Assembly (NCBI GenBank): GCA_964500005.1
Contig: CAZCMP010000002.1
Span: 128,934-192,933, forward strand
Origin: an uncultured Thermococci archaeon
GTDB taxonomy: Archaea > Methanobacteriota_B > Thermococci > Methanofastidiosales > Methanofastidiosaceae
Direction of reading: 5' to 3'
Length of the DNA: 64,000 bases
The first letter of the stretch is position 1. Each line of letters starts with the position of its first letter. The translations under genes and the position numbers were made by a program. This document shows, piece by piece, positions 58,312 through 64,000 of the stretch. Below the pieces are notes generated by a model. It was not told the origin of the DNA and made no database searches. It saw only the letters and a program-made list of their open reading frames with translations.

Positions 58312-59667
58312 ATGGAGAAGTTATCAAAGGAAGATTTGATTAAAAAGGCATCAAAACCTGCAGAAGATGCCATGAAGCTTCACCCTTTTTACAAGGGAAA
58401 GATTGAGATCGCCTCAAAAGTTTGCATAAGGGATTTTTCTGATTTTGCTATATGGTACACGCCCGGAGTTGCGGAGCCATGCAAAGCCATAAACAAAAAC
58501 AAAGAAGCTGTTTTTGATCACACAAACAAGGGAAACGCGGTCGCTGTAGTTTCTGATGGGACAAGGGTTTTGGGCCTTGGAAATATTGGGCCAGAGGCCG
58601 CAATGCCGGTGATGGAGGGAAAGGCCCTACTTTTTAAGTATCTTGGAGGTGTTGACGCCTACCCGATATGCCTTGATACAAGGGATCCAGACAAGATTAT
58701 CGAAACATGCAAACTGATTAAGCCCACATTCGGCGGGATAAATCTAGAGGACATTGAAAAGCCCAAGTGCTTCTTTGTTTTGGACAGACTAAGGGCTGAC
58801 AAAGAAATGGACATACCCGTCTGGCATGACGACCAGCAGGGCACAGCAACAGTTGAAGTTGCGGGCGCCATAAACGCATTGAAGGTCGTTGGAAAGAAAT
58901 TAAATGAGGCGAACATAGTCCTTGTGGGAACTGGGGCTGCAAACATTGCAACTTCAAGGGTCTTAGTTGCTGCTGGTGCAAATAAGAAGAATATTATGGC
59001 AGTTGACTCTAAAGGGATATTGAACGCACAGAGGAAAGACCTTGAGATGGACAGACACAACAACCCCTTCAAATGGGACCTATGTGTCAATTCAAACAAG
59101 GAGCAGAGAAGTGGCGGGATAAAGGAAGCGCTAAAAGGTGCGGACATCTGCATAGCAGCGTCAAAGCCCGGTCCAGACACAATTAAGAGAGAGGAAGTAG
59201 CAGGGATGGCAACTGATGCAATCCTATTTGCTTCTGCCAATCCAATGCCAGAGATATGGCCATGGGAAGCGAAGGATGGAGGGGCAAGGATTGTGGGGAC
59301 TGGGAGAAGTGACTTCCCCAATCAGATCAATAACTCAATAGTATTCCCAGGAATATTCAGAGGTGCATTGGATGTTAGGGCAAAGACCATAACTGATGAG
59401 ATGTGTGTTGCTGCTGCTTTTGAGATTGCAAAGACTGCTGAGGACAAGGGGCTTTCTGATGAGTACATCGTTCCAAAGATGAGCGAGTGGGAGGTATTCC
59501 CAAGGGAAGCTGTTGCTGTTGGAATGAAGGCGATTGAGCAGGGCATTGCAAGGGTGAAATACAATAAAAACGAGCTCTACGAGATTGCTGAAAAGACAAT
59601 CAAAAAAGCAAGGGACGAAACACACATGATGATGAAGCACGGCATAATAGAGATGCCACCTGAATAA
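58312..59667 (+). CDS. NAD(P)-dependent malic enzyme (small prokaryotic type)
   Basis: N-terminal malic-enzyme segment (…LHPFYKGKIEIASKVCIRDFSDFAIWYTPGVAEPC…), NAD-binding LVGTGAANIA, 451 aa. Confidence 0.85.
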   Translation: MEKLSKEDLIKKASKPAEDAMKLHPFYKGKIEIASKVCIRDFSDFAIWYTPGVAEPCKAINKNKEAVFDHTNKGNAVAVVSDGTRVLGLGNIGPEAAMPVMEGKALLFKYLGGVDAYPICLDTRDPDKIIETCKLIKPTFGGINLEDIEKPKCFFVLDRLRADKEMDIPVWHDDQQGTATVEVAGAINALKVVGKKLNEANIVLVGTGAANIATSRVLVAAGANKKNIMAVDSKGILNAQRKDLEMDRHNNPFKWDLCVNSNKEQRSGGIKEALKGADICIAASKPGPDTIKREEVAGMATDAILFASANPMPEIWPWEAKDGGARIVGTGRSDFPNQINNSIVFPGIFRGALDVRAKTITDEMCVAAAFEIAKTAEDKGLSDEYIVPKMSEWEVFPREAVAVGMKAIEQGIARVKYNKNELYEIAEKTIKKARDETHMMMKHGIIEMPPE

Positions 59668-59701
59668 AAAAAAATTTTATTTTTTAATTATTTTTAATAA
59701 A

Positions 59702-61129
59702 TTATTTTTTAGAGAAAAACTCTATAGCCTCTTCCAACTCTTTGTGCGACTTGGCGTACTCCTTGATGTCAATCCCTTTTTGGTAGGCCTCACATGCCTG
59801 GACTAGTGCCTTTGCACCAGCTGTTGTCCCTCTTGGGTGTGCGTGGCAGCCTGCACCCATTGTTGTGATAAAGTCGATATTTCCCATCACGTCAATAAAT
59901 GGCTTTAGTAAAGTTGGATTTAATCCTCCTGAAACAATAGGGCAGCATTTTTTCATCCCCCTCCAGCTGTCGTCTTCTAAGATAACGTGGCGCGCTGTGT
60001 CAGCTTGAGCAAGGGCTATCGCATCCTTGTCCCCCTCAAAAATCTTTGACCATTCCTGCTCAAAGTAGTGCCCCGCTGATTTAAAGTGCAAGATGTTCTG
60101 TGCGGCAACGACGTCCTCTTCCGGGCTTCCTTGCATCTTTCCAACACCTGCAGTCCCTGTGTGAATCCCAGATGCACCGGCTAGTCTAGCAAACTTGGAA
60201 AGGACCAATACCGAAAACCCTAGTGGATTTTCTACCCTTGTGTATGCGCCGTGGGCTGCCCTGTGGAAGTGTATGAAAACATCGGGATATTTCCTTCTCA
60301 AAGTCTGTACAGCCATCCACCCCGCTGTAATCCCGTCGATTAGGAAGGCATAACTTCCAGGTTCAAACCCAGCGTTTCTTATGAGTTCACACCTTTCAAT
60401 CATTGTGTCAAAATCCGCCGCAGAAACATTGAATGAATGGACTTTTTTCTCGCCTGTTTCCTTGACAGCTTTGTCCATCGCAGCTTTGACATTCTTCACC
60501 ATCTTCTCATATGGGCAGAAATCCTGATTCGCCTGTGGCTCATCATTTTTGACAAAGTCCCCGCCGCCTACCCAAAAGTCATAAGCTGCTTCAGCATACT
60601 CTGCCGAAGTTAGCCCCATCTTAGGTTTAATGATGGTCCCTAGAATTGGTCTGTCGTATACATCAAGATACTTCCTCATATCATCGAGCGTGTAGCTTGG
60701 GCCGTCATACTGCTCAAGCATTGCCGGTGGAAACCAGACATCGAGCAACTTTAACGCGCTTACCTCCTTCATCCCGAGGACATTTCCGACAAGATATGTC
60801 AGTATATTCTGAACGTTACCGCCCCTATCAAAAAGCCTCCAAGGGTATGCAAGCCAGACAAGGTTCTTCTGCTGGTCGATTTTATAGACAAGAGCGTTCA
60901 TCTCTTGTGAGAAGGGTGTTTCAGTCTTCACGTTGAAGTTTGTACCTGTCGAAGACTCCGCCGCAACTTCTGCTGCGGCCTGCAAAATATTTAGCTTCCC
61001 CCCGGACACCAAATGAAAAATGGCAAGGAGGTACTCCCCATTTCTTGGATTAGGGATATCAAAATTAACGTACCCGCTCTGGTGTATGTTGAGCGTCTTA
61101 ATCAATTGTTTTTCGTTTATCGCTATCAT
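59702..61129 (-). CDS. rbcL: ribulose-1,5-bisphosphate carboxylase large subunit, form III (archaeal type)
   Basis: Active-site region GGGDFVKNDEPQ (carbamylated-Lys context) and other conserved RuBisCO segments; 475 aa; no small-subunit gene adjacent. Confidence 0.9.
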   Translation of the reverse strand: MIAINEKQLIKTLNIHQSGYVNFDIPNPRNGEYLLAIFHLVSGGKLNILQAAAEVAAESSTGTNFNVKTETPFSQEMNALVYKIDQQKNLVWLAYPWRLFDRGGNVQNILTYLVGNVLGMKEVSALKLLDVWFPPAMLEQYDGPSYTLDDMRKYLDVYDRPILGTIIKPKMGLTSAEYAEAAYDFWVGGGDFVKNDEPQANQDFCPYEKMVKNVKAAMDKAVKETGEKKVHSFNVSAADFDTMIERCELIRNAGFEPGSYAFLIDGITAGWMAVQTLRRKYPDVFIHFHRAAHGAYTRVENPLGFSVLVLSKFARLAGASGIHTGTAGVGKMQGSPEEDVVAAQNILHFKSAGHYFEQEWSKIFEGDKDAIALAQADTARHVILEDDSWRGMKKCCPIVSGGLNPTLLKPFIDVMGNIDFITTMGAGCHAHPRGTTAGAKALVQACEAYQKGIDIKEYAKSHKELEEAIEFFSKK

Positions 61130-61196
61130 AATAGCTAACTGTTTTTATTTATTTATATAATTTCCTTATTATTTACTGAATTTATGCGCAAAAGTA

Positions 61197-61916
61197 CTAT
61201 TCTAAGAATATTATCTTTGACAAGAATACCGTTATAGCTACACCTAAGACTGCTGGTGCCACCATGCCCGCCATTATTGCGATAAATGTCCAGAAAATAT
61301 TGCCTAAAAATGCTGTTAGGAGCAGGTTATTGTTCGGCTTTTCAGTCTTTAATGTCTTTAATATTATAGTCATCCCGATAAATCCAGAAAGGAGCCAGCC
61401 AAAAAAGTTACTTATTGGCACGTTGTAGTATGTACCTTGTGGCGACCAGATCCAGAAGTTTAGGGCGACAGCGCTTGGATCGAGCACTAGGTCAAAAATC
61501 GTTATTATCACACTTCCTGCCACCACTTTTTTTAAGATGGAAGTTTGATTTTTTAGTAGCCTCTCTGTTAGGGTCCAGGAGGCGATTACAAGCGGGACCC
61601 ACCCAAAGCTTACTGTCCAGGGGACCACGCCAATCTTGGGACCTAGGTTTGTTGTATATGAAAACAATCCGTAGGGAAGGCCTGTTAGAACACCTATTGA
61701 TTCTATAATCATTGAAAAAATGGACAAAATCAGGATTGCTGTTATTGCTTTTGTGGGATTAGTTTTTCTTATGAGATAGAAATATGTCGGGATTGAAAGA
61801 GAGACCATGAAAAAAATTGAGATGGCAAAATATTCCTGTTTGAATTCTACAAGGGATATAAATATCGCAGCTATTGCAATCGATATAGACATGACGGCTA
61901 TTATTATCTTTCTCAT
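61197..61916 (-). CDS. polytopic membrane protein (239 aa, ~7 TM), function unknown
   Basis: Hydrophobic helices throughout; no motif recognised. Confidence 0.4.
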   Translation of the reverse strand: MRKIIIAVMSISIAIAAIFISLVEFKQEYFAISIFFMVSLSIPTYFYLIRKTNPTKAITAILILSIFSMIIESIGVLTGLPYGLFSYTTNLGPKIGVVPWTVSFGWVPLVIASWTLTERLLKNQTSILKKVVAGSVIITIFDLVLDPSAVALNFWIWSPQGTYYNVPISNFFGWLLSGFIGMTIILKTLKTEKPNNNLLLTAFLGNIFWTFIAIMAGMVAPAVLGVAITVFLSKIIFLE

Positions 61917-61941
61917 AACTTGGACCTTTTTTAGAGAGTTT

Positions 61942-62430
61942 TTATTTATTAAAAGTTAAGAGTAGCTTGTTCCTGAATCTTGTTATCTCGTTTTCATTTA
62001 ATGAATCAATAAATCCAATAATCTCTGAATTAAAAGATTCGGCAACTTTAATCATTTTTTCTAGCTCCTCTTTAGTAACATGAAAATCTACGTAATACTG
62101 ATTGTCAATCCTTTCTCTTTTTGCTTTTTCTAATTCTCTTGTGTCTATCCCAAAGATGCCTTTTAGAAGGATTATGCTAGCTGTATGATTCTCACATTTT
62201 AATCCAATTCTATAGAAAAGAGCCAAAACTGAATGGTACATAGAATAATAAGTCAACGCGATTGAATCATTTAGATTTCCTGTGCCGGCTAAAATTTTTG
62301 AGGACGCCAAAGACTCTTCAGACCTTTTGAGATAAGCATTTTTAAGATTCTCACTTGGCTCGATTATCTGAATCTTTTTCTCATCGATTAGCCTAGATAA
62401 AAAATCTGTTTTTTTCATAAAATTGTTCAA
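61942..62430 (-). CDS. HEPN-domain protein (putative toxin/RNase partner of a nucleotidyltransferase)
   Basis: ~160-aa all-helical protein overlapping the upstream HTH-nucleotidyltransferase gene by 38 nt (typical HEPN/MNT pair). Confidence 0.5.
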   Translation of the reverse strand: MNNFMKKTDFLSRLIDEKKIQIIEPSENLKNAYLKRSEESLASSKILAGTGNLNDSIALTYYSMYHSVLALFYRIGLKCENHTASIILLKGIFGIDTRELEKAKRERIDNQYYVDFHVTKEELEKMIKVAESFNSEIIGFIDSLNENEITRFRNKLLLTFNK

Positions 62431-62941
62431 TTCCTTTTAGGATTATATGATTAACCTCTATCTCTTTTATTAATAAGTTTTCTCTATCGTATCTACCTAT
62501 TTTAACGCTTAATCTCGAATCTATTGTCTCAATTTCTTTTTTTAAATCGAGGTTTTCTGATTCTATATAAAGGTCTATGTCGCTTGATTTGTTGGGAATG
62601 CCTTTTGCGTATGATCCGAATATTATTGCCATTGGGATATTTTCTTTTTCTATTATCTTTTTGATTACCCCTTTTAGTTTAGGGTATTTTTCCAAAAACA
62701 AAATAAGGCTATAGCTTTCAGACATTACGACAAAACTTCTTGCCTCTAAACTTTTCTTAATATAATAAACATAATTCTTTCCTTCTACCCTATAGTCAAC
62801 TATGTTTTTTTTGTATAGCTCGTCAAGCCTTCTTTTAACTGAAGTCTGGTTTGTTTTTAGTTTTCTTGCTATTTCTCGGATATGATTCTCTCCTTTTATA
62901 AGTGCGAGGATTATTTCATAATCGTTACAATTTTGTAACAT
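62393..62941 (-). CDS. wHTH + minimal nucleotidyltransferase (MNT, Pol-beta superfamily) protein
   Basis: NTase motif AIIFGSYAKG…SDIDLYIE and N-terminal HTH (…ILALIKGENHIREIARKL…). Confidence 0.65.
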   Translation of the reverse strand: MLQNCNDYEIILALIKGENHIREIARKLKTNQTSVKRRLDELYKKNIVDYRVEGKNYVYYIKKSLEARSFVVMSESYSLILFLEKYPKLKGVIKKIIEKENIPMAIIFGSYAKGIPNKSSDIDLYIESENLDLKKEIETIDSRLSVKIGRYDRENLLIKEIEVNHIILKGIEQFYEKNRFFI

Positions 62942-63092
62942 ATGTAATATTTATGTTACAATTATATTTAAATGTTTGTGTTGATCTAATCTAAAATAAG
63001 CATTTTAGAATAGAATAAATAGAGATTGATTCTATAGGCAGTTCAGCTTATGACCAATAAGTTTAAATAATATTGTATAACTAATTATACAT

Positions 63093-63695
63093 ATGTATAA
63101 TTTATTAAACAATTCTCTTGGTATAACAGAAAATGGTTTGAGAATTCTTTCTTTATTCACTATTAGTTATAAAAAAGATTTTTATATTAGGGAGATAAAC
63201 AGAGCGCTTAACATAAGTCCAAGAACTTCACAATTGATACTTGATGACTTGGAAACTAAAGGTATTTTGGAATCAATAACTCGTGGAAAAATAAAAACAT
63301 ACGCCTTGAGAAAAAATCAGACAAGCGAATACTACCTTACGTTGGCTGAGGCGTACAAAACAACACTATTCATGGAAAATAATCCCCTAATAAAAGAAGT
63401 TATAGAAAGAATTCTTCCGCTTATATCTGGGATTGGTATTATATTTGGGAGCTATGCAAAAGGAGAGCAAAGAGGGGGCTCTGACCTTGATGTCTTTTTA
63501 GTAGGAGATGCAGACAATAAAAAAATAAGGGATATTTCAAAAACATATGGGATTGATATTAATTTGATTACTTACCCTTTAGAGAAATACAAATCGGCTA
63601 TAGATAAAGATATATTCCTGAAGGAGGTAATAGAGAATCATATAGCGATTTCAAACATTGACGGATTTGTATCCTCGGTGATGAAAAATGGGTAG
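63093..63695 (+). CDS. wHTH + minimal nucleotidyltransferase (MNT) protein, paralog, divergently oriented
   Basis: NTase motif IIFGSYAKGEQRGGSDLDVFLVGD. Same architecture as the 62393-62941 gene. Confidence 0.65.
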   Translation: MYNLLNNSLGITENGLRILSLFTISYKKDFYIREINRALNISPRTSQLILDDLETKGILESITRGKIKTYALRKNQTSEYYLTLAEAYKTTLFMENNPLIKEVIERILPLISGIGIIFGSYAKGEQRGGSDLDVFLVGDADNKKIRDISKTYGIDINLITYPLEKYKSAIDKDIFLKEVIENHIAISNIDGFVSSVMKNG

Positions 63696-63795
63696 AATAA
63701 TTTAATTAATAACTTTTATAACGAAATAATTTGAAGATAAAACACCGATGAGAGTTCATAGCAATACTTAAAAACATGCAATTGTAATAATATTT

Positions 63796-63984
63796 ATGGA
63801 AATAATTGTCCATGCACGAATAAAAGATGGAATTATTTATCCTCTTGAGAAGATTAACATTGAGGATAAGGAAGTTTTGGTTAAAATAGACGATAAAATA
63901 TCTGATAGGTCTGCTTTTAGCGTAAGTTTTGACGTTTCTGATGAAGTATTCCAAGAGATATTAGAAGATGAGGATATATCTTGA
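63796..63984 (+). CDS. DUF104-like small antitoxin (partner toxin presumably starts at the window edge)
   Basis: MEIIVHARIKDGIIYPLEKINIEDKEVLVKI resembles archaeal VapB-like DUF104 antitoxins (…GVLKPLE…L.EGE.V.I). The acidic tail and its stop overlap a possible GTG/TTG start at ~63981. Confidence 0.4.
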   Translation: MEIIVHARIKDGIIYPLEKINIEDKEVLVKIDDKISDRSAFSVSFDVSDEVFQEILEDEDIS

Positions 63985-64000
63985 GTGTAAATATTAATCT

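Noticed and set aside
63706-63954. 82-aa minus-strand ORF overlapping the DUF104-like plus-strand ORF
   Set aside because: AT-rich frame with Tyr/Phe/Asn-rich nonsense. The plus-strand ORF has a recognisable antitoxin-like N-terminus, so the minus ORF is discarded.
1-64000. CRISPR arrays, IS elements, integrases, and selenocysteine recoding in hdrA/mvhA
   Set aside because: Scanned intergenic regions for regularly spaced short direct repeats and found none; the only notable repeat is the two-copy upstream element at 54618-54710 and 56532-56623. No transposase- or integrase-like ORFs were recognised. hdrA and mvhA use Cys codons at the positions where some methanogens use in-frame TGA, and no SECIS-like context was evident.

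Overview
This looks like an AT-rich archaeal chromosomal segment, probably from an anaerobic H2-using euryarchaeon or related lineage. Archaeal hallmarks include archaeosine tRNA-guanine transglycosylase, aEF-1beta with its upstream Zn-ribbon partner, porGDAB, form III RuBisCO and HdrA/MvhADG. All protein assignments rest on motifs recognised by eye in the supplied translations; no database search was possible.

Gene content, 5' to 3':
- Pyruvate:ferredoxin oxidoreductase porGDAB, followed by a GNAT/CN-hydrolase fusion.
- A small Zn-ribbon gene, a hypothetical protein, a MoaD-like GG-terminal protein and arcTGT.
- An ~18.9 kb, nine-gene minus-strand operon (7558-26472). It encodes a FlaI/TadA-type secretion ATPase and two separate TadB/TadC-like platform proteins. 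These are preceded by five consecutive proteins whose N-termini fit archaeal class III (prepilin-like) signal peptides, K/R-G/S-Q followed by about 20 hydrophobic residues. Two are giants of 1484 and 1634 aa with FG-GAP/VCBS and CarboxypepD_reg/Ig-like features. This looks like an undescribed type IV pilus-like surface fibre or adhesion system and is the main candidate for the novel system.
- A GTPBP1-like translational GTPase, an OsmC-like protein, and a CWB2-TM-wHTH protein upstream of the Zn-ribbon and EF-1beta genes.
- A metallo-beta-lactamase, GMP synthase, a SemiSWEET, a TPR protein, a Fur regulator, and tRNA-Thr(UGU).
- An e2b2-family isomerase plus a PfkB kinase. With the form III RuBisCO about 24 kb away, this suggests a pentose-bisphosphate/AMP pathway.
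- ECF ATPases, GlmM and a GlmU-like protein, a hydrogenase maturation protease, and a PaaK-like ligase.
- An eight-gene operon hdrA-mvhD-mvhG-mvhA-hdrC-like-hdrB-like-(SdhB-like)-(FrdA/TfrA-like). This is a possible H2:fumarate, flavin-based electron-bifurcating module.
- A conserved ~93-nt bipartite upstream element present at near-identical spacing in front of both the hdrA operon and an adjacent ABC exporter gene.
- Class I fumarase alpha and beta subunits, malic enzyme, and HEPN/MNT and DUF104-like toxin-antitoxin genes at the 3' end.
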